Shown here piece by piece: positions 10,426-21,659 of a stretch of 64,000 bases of DNA; position 1 is the stretch's first letter; each line of letters begins with the position of its first letter. Origin of the DNA: an uncultured delta proteobacterium (lineage in GTDB: Bacteria; Desulfobacterota; Desulfuromonadia; Desulfuromonadales; JACZKF01); assembly GCA_963848425.1 (NCBI GenBank), contig CAWKDO010000006.1, forward strand, positions 345,362-409,361. Reading direction: 5' to 3'. The translations under genes and the position numbers were made by a program. Under the pieces are notes generated by a model. It was not told where the DNA came from. It did not search any database and saw only the letters and a program-made list of their open reading frames with translations.

Positions 10426-11316
10426 TTATTTTCCGCGTGCGGCCCGCAAGCCATCGATCAAGGTGGGGAACTGCAGACGAACGCCAAGTTTATCCAGCAT
10501 CCGCCGGTTGTCGAGACGCCGCGATTCGCTCAGGTAAGAAAGCATGAGTGGTGTCATCGCCCCCTGCGCTTCGGTCATGCCAATCTGCGGCGGCCGCGGC
10601 AAATCGAAGGCATCGGCGACGGCGTTGAAATATTCCGTCATCGTGCCGGGATGGCCATCGCTGACATTGAAAAGATTCCCATCATCCCCTCGTTCGGCGG
10701 CAGCAAGACAGACCTGGGCCAGATCGTCGGCATGGATGCGGTTGGTGTAAGGGGCTTCCTCCTCCCGCAGCACCGGCTGTCCAGCGCGCAAGCGGTCGAG
10801 AGGGAAGCGGCCGGGGCCGTAAATGCCGGTGACCCGCAGGACGATCACGGCGACGCCGTGCGCCCGCCCCCAGCCGCGCAGCAGCGTTTCCGCATCGAGG
10901 CGGCGCCGGGCGCGAGCGGTCTGCGGCCGGACCGGCGTCTCCTCGGTCACCCAGTCGGCGCCGGTATTGCCGTAGACACCGCTGGTGCTGATGTAAATGA
11001 TCCTGTCCGGCTCTTCCCCCGGCTCGATGGAACCGCAGAAAACGCGCACCCGCGTATCGATCTCGCCGCCACCGGGCGGTGGGACAAAGTAGAAGACGGT
11101 GGCGCCGCGGGTCGGCAGACCAGCAATCGGCCCCGGCTGGTCGAGATCGGCGGCTACCGGCAAAATGCCGAATTCTTCCAGCATAGCAGCCTGCTCCGGC
11201 AGGCGAAAGGTGGCACTCACCTGCTTTCCGGCCGCGCGGGCCAGCTTAGCGACTCGCTTACCGACATCACCACAGCCGACGATCAGGATTTCCTGCTTCT
11301 TATCAGCGACTTTCAC
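10426..11316 (-). CDS. NAD-dependent epimerase/dehydratase (SDR) family protein
   Basis: 296 aa with Rossmann motif ILIVGCGDVGKRV and SDR-extended architecture. Confidence 0.7.
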   Translation of the reverse strand: MKVADKKQEILIVGCGDVGKRVAKLARAAGKQVSATFRLPEQAAMLEEFGILPVAADLDQPGPIAGLPTRGATVFYFVPPPGGGEIDTRVRVFCGSIEPGEEPDRIIYISTSGVYGNTGADWVTEETPVRPQTARARRRLDAETLLRGWGRAHGVAVIVLRVTGIYGPGRFPLDRLRAGQPVLREEEAPYTNRIHADDLAQVCLAAAERGDDGNLFNVSDGHPGTMTEYFNAVADAFDLPRPPQIGMTEAQGAMTPLMLSYLSESRRLDNRRMLDKLGVRLQFPTLIDGLRAARGK

Positions 11317-11353
11317 TTTATCTTCTTTTCTCTACCCCGAATGGTTCAGGCAT

Positions 11354-13994
11354 TTAAGCCAGACTCTTGCTTACAATCTCGAACACGTCGCGCGACAGAT
11401 TGGGCTTTGCCGCGATGCGCGCCAGCTCTCTCTTCATCAGCGCTTGTCGCGCCATATCGAAACGCCGCCAGCGGCTCAGGGCCGAGAGCAGACGCGCGGC
11501 GACCTGCGGATTGAGCGGATCGAGGTCGAGCACCTGGTCGGCGAGGAAGCGATAGCCGGCGCCGTGGCGGCGTGGAAGCGCGCCGGATTGCCTTGGGCAA
11601 AAGCGCCGACCAGCGACGCGCACCCGGTTCGGGTTTTTCAGCGTAAAAGCCGGATGCGCCATCAGCCCTGGACTTCCGCCAGCGTTTCGGCAGGCGGGAA
11701 GTGGCCTGCACAGTGAACCATTTATCGACCACCAGCGGGTCGTCCTGCTAACGCTCATAGAACTCCGCCAGAACGGTGCTGCGCTCCGGCCGCTGCGCTG
11801 TTGGCCAGACAGGCGAAGGCGGCCAGAACGGTCGGTCATGTTGTCGGCCGTCTCGAAATGTGGCGCAGACAGAACCCGACTACGATATCCTCTTCCAGGG
11901 TCACAGATAGGCCAGGCAGAGGTTCTTCAGGCTGCGCCGGCCGATCGCCGCCGGATCGATGCTGTACGCTCCGGGCGTGGTATTCCGCGTCCATGACCGA
12001 CAGAAATTCGCCATGCAGCTCGCTCGCCAACTGCCGGCGGACGCTTTCGCGCACCGAGTGCAGACCTTCCGGCTCGATCGTTTCCAGCTGTTCCCCCGGC
12101 CACGTTTCGGTGGGCAGGATCAGCGCCAGGGCCAGCAGGGCGGGATCGGCGTTTCGATCGGTCAGAGCCCGGCGAAAGGCTGCAGAAAGAGCGGATCGAC
12201 GCCGACAATCCGCCCGGCCCGCCAGTTGTCGAGCATGGCCAGCAGCATCTGGGTCGCCAGCCGCTGCCCGGCTTCCCAGCGGTTGAACGGGTCGCTGTCG
12301 TGGGCGAAGAGGAAGGCCAGATCGTGCTTCCGTCAGGTCGAATTCGAGCCGCACCGGCGCCGAAAAGCCGCGCAGCAGCGAAGGAACGGGGCGCGCCGGC
12401 AGGTCGACGAAACGGAAGCGTTTCCTCCGCCGTCCGCAGTTCGCAGCACCCGGGTTGCGCCCGATCCGGCGGCTTCCCCGGCCAAGCGCAGCGGCAGGTC
12501 GTTCCCGTCCGCATCGAGCAGGCCGAGGCCAGCGGGATAAGGAACGGTTCTTTCCGCTCCTGCCCCGGGGTCGGCGGGCAGCTCTGGCGCATGGTCAGAG
12601 TGAGTACTGCCGGTCGCCGCATCGTACTCGCTCTGCGACGCGTAGCCGCGGGGTGCCGGCCTGGCTGTACCAGCGCCGGAACTGGTCGAGATCGGCGCCG
12701 TTGGCCTCGGCCATGGCCGCGAGAAAATCGTCGGTGGTCACCGCCTGGCCATCGTGCCGTCGCAGGTAGAGCTGCAGCCCCCGGCGGAAGCCGTCGCGCC
12801 GAGCAGGGTCTGGTACATGCGGATGACCTCGGCGCCCTTGTTGTAGACCGTGGCGGTGTAGAAATTGTTGATCTCGACGTAGGCCTCGGGCCGCACCGGA
12901 TGGGCCATCGGCCCGGCATCCTCGGGAAACTGGCTGTTGCGCAGCAGGCGCACATCATCGATGCGCTTGACCGCCCGGCTGAGTCATGTCGGCGGAGAAC
13001 TCCTGGTCGCGGAAGACCGTCAGCCCTTCCTTGAGGCGACAGCTGGAACCAGTCGCGGCAGGTGACGCGGTTGCCGGTCCAGTTGTGGAAATATTCGTGG
13101 CCGATAACCTCCTCGATCGCCTGGTAGTCGGCGTCGGTGGCGGTCTCCGGCGAGGCAAGGACGTACTTGGAGTTGAAGACGTTGAGCCCCTTGTTCTCCA
13201 TCGCCCCCATGTTGAAATCGTCGACGGCGACGATCATGTAGACGTCGAGATCGTATTCCAGGCCGAAGGTCTCCTCGTCCCAGCGCATGGCCTTTTGAGC
13301 GAACGCATGGCATGCTCGCATTTGTCGCGGTTGCGCGCCTCGACAAAGATCTGCAGCAACGACCTCGCGGCCGGAGCGGTGATGAAGCGGTCCTCGATGC
13401 AGACCAGCGGCCGGCGACCAGGGCAAACAGATAGGCCGGCTTCGGAAAGGGGTCGTGCCAGCGGGCAAAATGCCGGCCCTTCTCGAGCAGGCCGCTCGCA
13501 ACAAGGTTGCCGTTGGCCAGCAGGACCGGGAAGTTTGCCCGGTCGGCGATCAGGGTGGTGGTAAAGCGGGCCATGACATCCGGGCGGTCGGGGTAGAAGG
13601 TGATCTTGCGGAAACCCTGCGCCTCGCACTGGGTGCAGAAGATGCCGCTGGAGAGGTAGAGCCCCTCGAGCGCCGTATTGGCGGCGGGATCGATCTGCGT
13701 CTCCACCTCCAAAATGAAGCGCGCCGGCACCGCCGGGATCGTCAGCGTTTCCCCGGCGATGGTGAATTCCTCGGCGGTCAGCTGGCGTCCGTCAAGCCGC
13801 AGAGAACAGAGTTGCAGCTCACATCCGTAGAGGAGAAGGGGCGCGGCGGCATCGGCGGCCGGATGGCGCCGATATTGCTGCCGGGCGAGAATCCGGGTGG
13901 CATGTGCCTCCAGATCGACATGCAGGTCAACGGTATCGACCAGGTAGCCAGGGGGGCAATAATCGTGCAGATGGATGGCGCGGGGTTGATTCAT
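11354..13994 (-). CDS. pepN: Aminopeptidase N (M1 family), frameshifted
   Basis: N-terminal PepN region in ORF 13020..13994 ([25 protein letters not shown]). Middle in 11927..13504 and 12738..12953 ([24 protein letters not shown]). C-terminal ERAP1-like domain in 11354..11839. About 880 aa. Confidence 0.85.
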
Positions 13995-14058
13995 TCCGGA
14001 GCCTCTGAAAGGCGTTGCTGATTATCCAAATTTCGTCGGAGAGCGTGGCAGTGCCAAC

Positions 14059-15079
14059 TCAGGCACTGCAAACGGTATTGCGGCTTTCTTTCGCCCGGTA
14101 CATGGCCATGTCCGCCAAGCGGATCAAATCCTCCTTGCCCTGGGCGTCATCGGGATAGGTGGCCAGCCCAAAACTGGCAGTAACCTGCAACCCTTCCCCT
14201 TCACAGGCATGGAAGCGATGTTCCTGTAACTGCTGCTGCAGCTTCGACGCCATGGTAAAGGCGCCCTTCTTGTCGGTGGCCGGGAGCAAAATGATGAACT
14301 CGTCGCCGCCATAGCGGGCGGCCATGTCAGACCTTGCGAATGCGCTCGCAGAGGAAGGCGCCGACTTCGCTGAGCAGCCGGCTGCCGACCTGATGCCCCC
14401 GGGTATCGTTAACCTGCTTGAAATGATCGAGATCGATGAAGACCAAGGACAACTCCCCCCCGTAGCGGCGGCAGCGCTCAACCTCGTGACCGATTAAATG
14501 ATGCAGGTGGCGACCGTTGAACAGACCGGTCAACTCGTCGGTAATCGTCATCTGATGGATTTTTTCGAAATTGCGGGCGTTTTCGATGGCGATGGCGGCG
14601 TAATCGGCGATCGTGGTGAGGATAGCCAGGTCGGCTTCGTCGAACTTCCCCTCGTTCAGGCTATTGATCAGTTCCATCACCCCAAGAACCCGGTTGCGAC
14701 TGCGCATCGGCACCGCCACTACCGAATGGGTGGAAAAAGCCAGAGTCTTGTCAACGCGCCGGGCAAACCGGTGATCCGCCTGCACGTCAGGAACAAGCAG
14801 TGGTTCGCCATGTGCGGCGACCCAGCCGGCAATCCCCTCGCCGACCGCCAGCCGCATCCCCTTCAGGCGATCGCCGGCTGGCGAAACGGCAATTTCAAAG
14901 ACCAGATCGCCGTTCGTTTCATCGAGAAGAGCCAGCGACCAGTTGCGCGACTGCAGCAGCAGACTGATCTTCTCCATGATGAGGTTGAGCAGCTCTTCGA
15001 GATTCAGCGTCGAGGTCAGCGCCTTGCCGATCTCCACCAACGTGGCGAGCTCCTGGTTGCGCCTTTGCAATCCCCGCAT
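14059..15079 (-). CDS. GAF-domain diguanylate cyclase (GGDEF), one apparent frameshift
   Basis: ORF 14327..15079 encodes a GAF domain followed by the start of GGDEF (TGLFNGRHL, VFIDLDHFKQVND). ORF 14059..14481 encodes the GG(D/E)EF active-site segment RYGGDEFIILLP and C-terminus. Confidence 0.8.
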
Positions 15080-15397
15080 GTTCGATCAGCCCCTTCGCTG
15101 CGAAGCTCCGTCCGACGACCCGTTTAGCCGTTTATTATAGAATTATTACCGGGCGGAACAAAACACCTTTTTTCGCTACGAAAAATCGGGGGGGGGAAGC
15201 GTAGCTGCGATCGTCGGCACGAGCGAAGGCCCCGGGGGGAAACTGTTCAAATGCGCACTGCGGGAGGGTTCTTTTCATCGCAAAATTATACGAGAATCCA
15301 CGTGGTTCGGCGATTCACAAGCCATTATATTATCAACCAAGGCGAGGCTGCGGGGCAGCAGTCGAACCTCTTCATCACCTTCTTACTTTGGCGCGTC

Positions 15398-15440
15398 GCA
15401 GTTACCCTCCTGTGCGACGCGCTTTTTTTATTTTGCTCAC
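15398..15440 (+). terminator. Strong plus-strand intrinsic terminator at the end of a 300 bp non-coding region
   Basis: GCGCGTCGCA-gttaccctcct-TGCGACGCGC followed by TTTTTTTATTTTG. Oriented against both flanking minus-strand genes. Confidence 0.5.
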
Positions 15441-16267
15441 TCCTTTAGTGCAAGAAAGGAATGCCCCTCAGGGGCGATAATAGCGCTGCGCCTCCGGGAT
15501 GCTTTCCTGGATGTTTTTGATCCGCGTCTGGTCGGCCGGATGCGTGCTGAGGAATTCCGGCACCCGGCCTGGCCGCGGGCCGCCATCCCCTGCCAAACCT
15601 CCACGGCAGCCTGCGGATCGTACCCGGCCATGGCCATGAAGATCAGCCCGAGACGGTCGGCCTCATTCTCCTGCAAGCGGCTGAACGGCAGAAGCACCCC
15701 CACCTGGGCGCCGGCGCCGAAAGCGGTCATCAGCAACTGCTGAGTCGCTTGCGGCTGTTTGGTCAGCGCCGCGGACAGGGCGGCTCCCCCCATCTGCGCC
15801 AGCAATCCCTGACTCAACCGTTCATTGCCGTGCCGCGCCACCACATGGGCGATTTCATGGCCGACCACCGCCGCCAGTTGCGCCTCCGTTCGGGCGACAT
15901 CGAGCAACCCCTGGTAAACCACCACCTTGCCGCCGGGCAAGGCAAAGGCATTGACCTCCGGGCTCTCCACCAGGCTGAACGCCCATTCATAGCCGGCAAG
16001 GGCCTCCGCTTGTCCCTCTTCGGCAAAATAGCGCTCCACCCCCGCCTTGATACGCTCTCCGACCCGCTGCACCATGTCACTTTGCGGGGTGTTGCGGATG
16101 ACTTTGTTCTGCTGCAGAAATTCTTCATACTGCTGAAATCCGGCCTGCAATAAACTCTCTTGCGGCACCAGGCTCAGCTGATGCCGGCCGGTCACCGGCA
16201 CCGTGCTGCAGGCGGCAAGGAGGAGCAGAACCAGAACAATCCCCAAGCGAACGGCAGAAGCGAGCAT
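15437..16267 (-). CDS. M48-family Zn metallopeptidase lipoprotein, C-terminal frameshift likely
   Basis: Signal peptide plus lipobox (LLLAACS) and HEIAHVVARH zinc-binding motif. Last 45 residues look out of frame. Confidence 0.8.
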   Translation of the reverse strand: MLASAVRLGIVLVLLLLAACSTVPVTGRHQLSLVPQESLLQAGFQQYEEFLQQNKVIRNTPQSDMVQRVGERIKAGVERYFAEEGQAEALAGYEWAFSLVESPEVNAFALPGGKVVVYQGLLDVARTEAQLAAVVGHEIAHVVARHGNERLSQGLLAQMGGAALSAALTKQPQATQQLLMTAFGAGAQVGVLLPFSRLQENEADRLGLIFMAMAGYDPQAAVEVWQGMAARGQAGCRNSSARIRPTRRGSKTSRKASRRRSAIIAPEGHSFLALKE

Positions 16268-16323
16268 GGCACACCTCCTTTGGTTTTTCTCCGTTCAAGT
16301 CTAGCAGGGGAATAGTTTTTTGC

Positions 16324-17286
16324 TCAAGGCTTGCGGCCGACGGTATCCGCCATACGCGCCCCTCGGCGACCCAGCGGCTGCTCTTCTCCATGGGTCGTAT
16401 CTTTGCGGGTCTGATGCTCCATCTCGGCATTGAACTCGGCGCCGATCAGGACCGCGTAGGAGGTGAGAAAGAACCACATCAACAGGATGATCACCGCCCC
16501 CATCGAGCCGTACGTCTTGTTGTAACTGTCGAAATTGGCCACATACACGGAGAAGAGGATCGAAACGATTAGCCAGAGGACCGTGGCAATAACCGCCCCC
16601 CAGCTGACCCATTGCCAGCGCGGCTGGTCGCGATTCGGCCCCAGACGATAAAGGACCGCCAGGGCCATGATGACCAGAATTGCCAACAGCGGCCAGCGCA
16701 GGTAGTTGACCAGCGCTTCAATCCAGGTGGGCAGACCAAGAAAGTTGATGAGGATGGGAATGGCGACGATCGTGGTAATGGCGACGAGGAAAAAAAGGAG
16801 GCCACCGACAGTCAGCAGCAGCGCCATGCCATTGAGCTTGAAAAACCCCCGGGATTCCCCTTCTTCGTAGGTAATGTTGAGGGCGGTAATGACCGCCTTC
16901 ATCCCCTTGGCGGCGCTCCACAGGGCAAGCAGGATGCCGACCGCCACGCCGATGCCGAGTGCCTGCTGCGGCTGCTGAACCAGAGACGTAAGCTGCCGGT
17001 CGAGGATCTGGTACGCCTGCTGCGGCAGGATCTGGCTGAGGGATTGGAGCTGCTGCTGCAGCTGCGCCGGATCGGCCACCAGGCCATAGATCGAAACAGC
17101 CGCGGCCAGGGCCGGGAAGATCGCCAGCAGCGAATAGAAAGCCACCCCCGCCGCCACGATCGAAAGATTGTCCTTTTTCTGTTCGTCTTTCACCCGCAAC
17201 AGGATATCGCGCCACCCCCGTCGGGGAATCTGCCACGGTTTTTCCGCCTCCCGGCCGCGGCTGTCTTGCCGTTCCAACCTGTTCAT
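16324..17286 (-). CDS. YihY/BrkB family inner-membrane protein
   Basis: 320 aa with six TM segments and the YihY/virulence factor BrkB signature (LSIVAAGVAFYSLLAIFPAL). Confidence 0.8.
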   Translation of the reverse strand: MNRLERQDSRGREAEKPWQIPRRGWRDILLRVKDEQKKDNLSIVAAGVAFYSLLAIFPALAAAVSIYGLVADPAQLQQQLQSLSQILPQQAYQILDRQLTSLVQQPQQALGIGVAVGILLALWSAAKGMKAVITALNITYEEGESRGFFKLNGMALLLTVGGLLFFLVAITTIVAIPILINFLGLPTWIEALVNYLRWPLLAILVIMALAVLYRLGPNRDQPRWQWVSWGAVIATVLWLIVSILFSVYVANFDSYNKTYGSMGAVIILLMWFFLTSYAVLIGAEFNAEMEHQTRKDTTHGEEQPLGRRGARMADTVGRKP

Positions 17287-17376
17287 AACGCCTCCAGGTA
17301 ATGCCGGAAGCCCCCGGCTTCCAGACCCTCTACCTGAACGCTTACCACCCCTCTCATCCTTGTCAAGACGGGCGGA

Positions 17377-19197
17377 TCAGTCCGGTCCAATCCCGCTCCG
17401 CCAGCCGCGCACCGAATTGATCAGCCACACGGCGCTGGCGCGCTGCAGATCCTCCCGTCGCACAATCCGCTCCCGGAGCACGCCCTCTTTCAACAGCCGC
17501 GCGCGCAAGGTGCCGGCAAGCAAACCACAACCGACCGGCGGGGTAACACGCTCGCCATCGAGTTCGACAACAAGATTGCCGTTGCACGCTTCGGTCAATT
17601 CCCCCCGTTCGTTCCAAAGAAGAACCTCATCGGCATCCGGGCATTCCTGCTTCGCCCGCTCATACACCTGGCGGTGCGTCGTCTTATGAAAAAGGAAGGG
17701 ATCGGCGGAGTCGACCGGCGTCGCCGCCAGTCCGAGCCGGACGGGTCCCGCCGGATTCGCTTCGAGCGGCGCGCCGCGGCAGTCGAGCGTACCGTCGCCG
17801 GCGAGGAGAAGCCGGATCTTGTGTGGGCCGGGCGGCAGGGTGCTCGCCATCTGCCGCAGGTGGGCGCGAATTTTTTGGAGATCGCACGGAAAAGCGAAAT
17901 AGCGGGCCGAAGCCGCCAGGCGCCGCAGGTGCTCCGGGAGGAGGACAAAACCTTCCGCCGGCGTCCAGAGAAGCGTTTCAAGCAGGGAGAAGTCGGGGAT
18001 GCGCCGCTCAAGGATCGCCGCCTTGATCAGACACTCGCGGTACTCAGCAGCCGCTTGCGAGCCCCAGGTGATTCCCGCGCCGACCCGGTACTCCCCCCTC
18101 CCTGCCTCGCGGTCGAAGAGGGCGGTGCGAATGGCGACACCGAAAGAGGCGGTGCCGTCCGGCCCGAGGTGGCCGAGAGCGCCGGTATAGATGCGGCGCG
18201 CCTCCCCTTCCAGGGCGCGAATGATCTGCATGGTGCGGACCTTCGGCGCGCCGGTGATCGAGGCGCAGGGGAAGAGGGCGGTGAAGATCGCGGCGAGGGT
18301 GGCGGTACTCCACGTTTCGGCGCTGAACGTCAGCTGCCAGACGGTAGGGTAGCGTTCGAGTTCGTACAGGGCGCGCACCTCGACCGCCCCGAGCCGGCCG
18401 AGATCGTTGCGCACCATGTCGAGAATCATCACGTTTTCCGCCCGATTCTTTGCCGAGCGGCGCAACTGGTTGGCACGCGCCCGGTCTTCGGCGCTGGTGC
18501 GTCCGCGCGGCGCCGTCCCCTTCATCGGCCGGCAGGTCAGAAGACCATGGCTACGCGAGAAGAAGAGTTCCGGCGAGGCCGAGCAGATGACGAAGCGGCC
18601 GGTATCGAGATAGCCAGCATGCGGCGCCCGCTGGCCGCGGACCAGGTCGAGGAAGAAGGGCCAGGTGTTGACGGCGGCGTTGCAGCAAAGGGGAAAACTG
18701 AAGTTAACCTGATACGTTTCGCCGCGGGCGATATGCCCTTTGATGGCGGCAATCGTCTCGGCAAAAGCGGCGGCATCGAGTTGCGGCTGCCATTGCGGGC
18801 GGGAAAAACCAGCCGGAGTCGCCGGCAGATCGATCGGTTGCGGCGGCCCGTAGAGACCGAACCAGAGGAGGGGGAAATCGCCACCGTCGCCGACGGCCGA
18901 TACGGGATCGAAGGCCGGCGCCGCCTCGTAGGCAAGAAAACCGGCGGCATGCAGCCCGGTCGCCGTCGCCGCCTCGACCTCGGCCAAGGCCGGCAGCACC
19001 TCGTCGGCATGCCGTGCAATGATGATCCGCTGTGGCCGGTTAAAATACAGCCAGCAACTCCGCCGGGAGTCGTACAGCACCGCGCTGCCGGGATCGGGAC
19101 AGTTCACGCGAGCACCGCCAACGCCTCCGACAACAGTTCGCCGGCACCGTTCAGCCAATGGATGGCGACCCCTTGGCGTTCCATGCGGCGGAACCAC
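17377..19197 (-). CDS. pabB: Aminodeoxychorismate synthase component I fused to aminodeoxychorismate lyase (PabB-PabC)
   Basis: Chorismate-binding domain motifs (YQVNFSFP, CASITGAPK, GALGHLGPDG) followed by a class-IV aminotransferase-like C-terminal domain. The 5' end overlaps miaA; the true start is probably internal (near 19100). Confidence 0.75.
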   Translation of the reverse strand: MVPPHGTPRGRHPLAERCRRTVVGGVGGARVNCPDPGSAVLYDSRRSCWLYFNRPQRIIIARHADEVLPALAEVEAATATGLHAAGFLAYEAAPAFDPVSAVGDGGDFPLLWFGLYGPPQPIDLPATPAGFSRPQWQPQLDAAAFAETIAAIKGHIARGETYQVNFSFPLCCNAAVNTWPFFLDLVRGQRAPHAGYLDTGRFVICSASPELFFSRSHGLLTCRPMKGTAPRGRTSAEDRARANQLRRSAKNRAENVMILDMVRNDLGRLGAVEVRALYELERYPTVWQLTFSAETWSTATLAAIFTALFPCASITGAPKVRTMQIIRALEGEARRIYTGALGHLGPDGTASFGVAIRTALFDREAGRGEYRVGAGITWGSQAAAEYRECLIKAAILERRIPDFSLLETLLWTPAEGFVLLPEHLRRLAASARYFAFPCDLQKIRAHLRQMASTLPPGPHKIRLLLAGDGTLDCRGAPLEANPAGPVRLGLAATPVDSADPFLFHKTTHRQVYERAKQECPDADEVLLWNERGELTEACNGNLVVELDGERVTPPVGCGLLAGTLRARLLKEGVLRERIVRREDLQRASAVWLINSVRGWRSGIGPD

Positions 19198-20006
19198 GTT
19201 TCCTGCCGCTTGGCAAAATCGTGGATGGCGCTGGTCAGCTTCTGCACCATATCGTTGCGGTTCAACTCCCCTTGCAGGTGGCGGGCGAGGAAGCGGTATT
19301 CGAGGCCGTAGAATTCGAGCGTTTCCCAGGGGACGCCGGCAGCGTGCAGGGCGGCGACTTCTTCGAGCATGCCCTGTTGCAGGCGCTCGTGCAAGCGGGC
19401 CGTGATGCGCCGGCGCAGCTCATTGCGCTCCCAGCGTACTCCGAAGATTACCGGCCGCAGTTCCGGCAGCGGCGGCAGGTCGCCGGCGGCCGCCGTCTCC
19501 CCTGCGGCGATCTCGATCGCCCGCACCAGCCGGGCGCGCTCCTGCAGGTCGGTGGTATTGTGCAGCTGCGGCCGCAGCGACAGCAGCCGTGCACGCAGCT
19601 GCTCGTCGCTGAGATCGGCCAGCTCCTGCCGCAGCCTCGGATTTTCCGCCACTTCGATCAGGCGATAGCCGCGCAGCACCGCATCCAGATACATCCCGGT
19701 GCCGCCGACCAGCAGCGGCAGGCGGCCGCGCCGTTCGATATCGGCGAAAACGTCGAAGAAGCGCCGCTGGAAGTCGAAGACGCTGAACGGCTCGCCGGGA
19801 TTGAGGATATCGATCAGATGATGCGGAATCTCGGCATATTCAAGCAGATCCTTGCCGGTGCCAAGATCCATCCCCCGGTACACCTGGCGCGAGTCGGCGG
19901 AAATGATCTCGCCGTTCAGCCGGCGCGCCAGCTCCACCCCTAGGCGGGTCTTGCCGGAGGCGGTGGGACCGAGAACGACGATCAGGTTGGGCGAATAGGA
20001 TTGCAT
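19104..20006 (-). CDS. miaA: tRNA dimethylallyltransferase
   Basis: P-loop LIVVLGPTASGKT, SADSRQVYRGMDLGTGK and IPHHLIDIL motifs. Start taken at MQSYSPN. The upstream in-frame extension to 20123 is probably not translated. Confidence 0.85.
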   Translation of the reverse strand: MQSYSPNLIVVLGPTASGKTRLGVELARRLNGEIISADSRQVYRGMDLGTGKDLLEYAEIPHHLIDILNPGEPFSVFDFQRRFFDVFADIERRGRLPLLVGGTGMYLDAVLRGYRLIEVAENPRLRQELADLSDEQLRARLLSLRPQLHNTTDLQERARLVRAIEIAAGETAAAGDLPPLPELRPVIFGVRWERNELRRRITARLHERLQQGMLEEVAALHAAGVPWETLEFYGLEYRFLARHLQGELNRNDMVQKLTSAIHDFAKRQETWFRRMERQGVAIHWLNGAGELLSEALAVLA

Positions 20007-20310
20007 CAATAGCAGCTCCGGAGTGATCGGCGGGCGCTGGCATCCCTGGTGAACGCTCAATGCCGCCATTCTTGAACACACCTGCGTAGCATAAGGGAAA
20101 AACGGGAAAAAGGCGATATCCATGCGGCTGGCCTGCCGAGGATAGCGCCTGCTGTCCTACGCATCACAAAGAGCCTTGTGTTGCTTAGTTTGCTTGACTA
20201 ATAAACTATATTGGAATAAAGTTTATTAGCTTTTGATGGAAAGTAACTTTCGTTGTTTAGTCTCGAACGCTACGCAACAAAACTGCCGTAACGCTTTTCA
20301 GGAGTGCTCA

Positions 20311-21477
20311 ATGTTCACCGAAGTCTCACCCCGTGGTGGCCGGCTGGTCGTGCAGCAACAAGGACCGGAAGGGTACCGCGCCTTTGTTCCCAACCCGCTG
20401 CCGCCCACGCCGCCACTGCAGATCGACGCCGAGATGAGCCGGCTTATGGAGCGGGCCAACCGCGCCCTCGGCCGTCTGGACGGCTGTACCTGCATCCTCC
20501 CCAATCCCGACCTTTTTCTCTACATGTACGTTCGCAAGGAGGCGGTCCTCAGTTCGCAGATCGAAGGGACGCAAGCCTCCCTGGCCGATCTGCTGGAATA
20601 TGAAGGAGAGATCGAAGGCAAAAGCTCGCAGGACGACATCAACGAGGTCTCCAACTACGTGGCGGCGATGAATTACGGCCTGGAACGGCTAAGGGAATTC
20701 CCCTTGAGTCTGCGCCTGATCAAAGAGATTCATGCCCGCCTGATGTCCGGCATCCGTGGCGGACACAAGAATCCCGGCGAATTCCGCACGACGCAGAATT
20801 GGATCGGCGGCACCCGGCCGGGAAATGCCGTCTTCGTGCCGCCGCCGGCTCATGAAGTGCTCCCCTGCCTGAGCGAGTTGGAGAAGTTCCTCCATGACGA
20901 AACCCTGCCGCCATTGCTCAAGGCCGGGCTTGCTCATGCCCAATTCGAAACGATCCACCCTTTTCTCGACGGCAACGGCCGGATGGGACGGCTCCTGATT
21001 ACCCTGATCCTCTGCCACGATCAGGTTCTTGAAAAGCCTCTCCTTTACCTGAGCCTCTTTTTCAAAAAACACCGCCAGGAGTATTACGAGCGACTCAACG
21101 GCGTCCGCCGGGATGGCGACTGGGAAGGGTGGATCAAATATTACCTGGAGGGAGTCGCCGAAATCTCCAAGCAGGCGACCGACGCCGCCAGGGCGATCAT
21201 CGATTTGCTGGCCGCCGACCGGCAGAAGGTCGCCTCCCTGGGCAGGGCCGCGCCAACGGCTTTGGCGCTTCTCGACGTGCTCTGTCGCCATCCCTACGTC
21301 TCGATTCCATTCGTGGCGCGGCAGCTCGGCATCAGCGCCCCGGCGGCGGGGAAAGCGGTCGGCAATCTAGTGTCGCTCGGGCTTCTCAAAGAGGTAAGCG
21401 GCAAGAAGCGCGACCGGGTTTTTCTCCATGAGGCGTATCTGGCGATTATTAAGGAGGGGACGGAGGTTTGGGGGTGA
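20311..21477 (+). CDS. Fic/DOC family protein with C-terminal winged-HTH
   Basis: Canonical Fic motif HPFLDGNGRMGRLL and a C-terminal wHTH. RBS AGGAG 7 nt upstream of the ATG. The gene lies in an AT-rich islet. Confidence 0.85.
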   Translation: MFTEVSPRGGRLVVQQQGPEGYRAFVPNPLPPTPPLQIDAEMSRLMERANRALGRLDGCTCILPNPDLFLYMYVRKEAVLSSQIEGTQASLADLLEYEGEIEGKSSQDDINEVSNYVAAMNYGLERLREFPLSLRLIKEIHARLMSGIRGGHKNPGEFRTTQNWIGGTRPGNAVFVPPPAHEVLPCLSELEKFLHDETLPPLLKAGLAHAQFETIHPFLDGNGRMGRLLITLILCHDQVLEKPLLYLSLFFKKHRQEYYERLNGVRRDGDWEGWIKYYLEGVAEISKQATDAARAIIDLLAADRQKVASLGRAAPTALALLDVLCRHPYVSIPFVARQLGISAPAAGKAVGNLVSLGLLKEVSGKKRDRVFLHEAYLAIIKEGTEVWG

Positions 21478-21659
21478 GTACTTTAAATATGGAGAGCGGC
21501 GGCTACATACGCTTCCAATAACCACCTGACGCCCGTTGTCTCGCACATCAAGGAAAGCAATTGTACTAAGGTAACATCAACTGGTAGTATGCTGATTAAT
21601 CGAAGGAAATAGTTTAATTTGAATTGACAATTCACTAAAAGGCCAAAACAAACATACCA

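Noticed and set aside
15251-15448. 65-aa ORF in the gene-free region
   Set aside because: Low-complexity, no RBS, and its 3' end runs through the terminator hairpin. The region is more likely non-coding or sRNA.
17674-19311. 545-aa plus-strand ORF
   Set aside because: Antisense to pabB-pabC. Arg/Gly/Ala-rich with no domain signatures. A GC-rich artefact.
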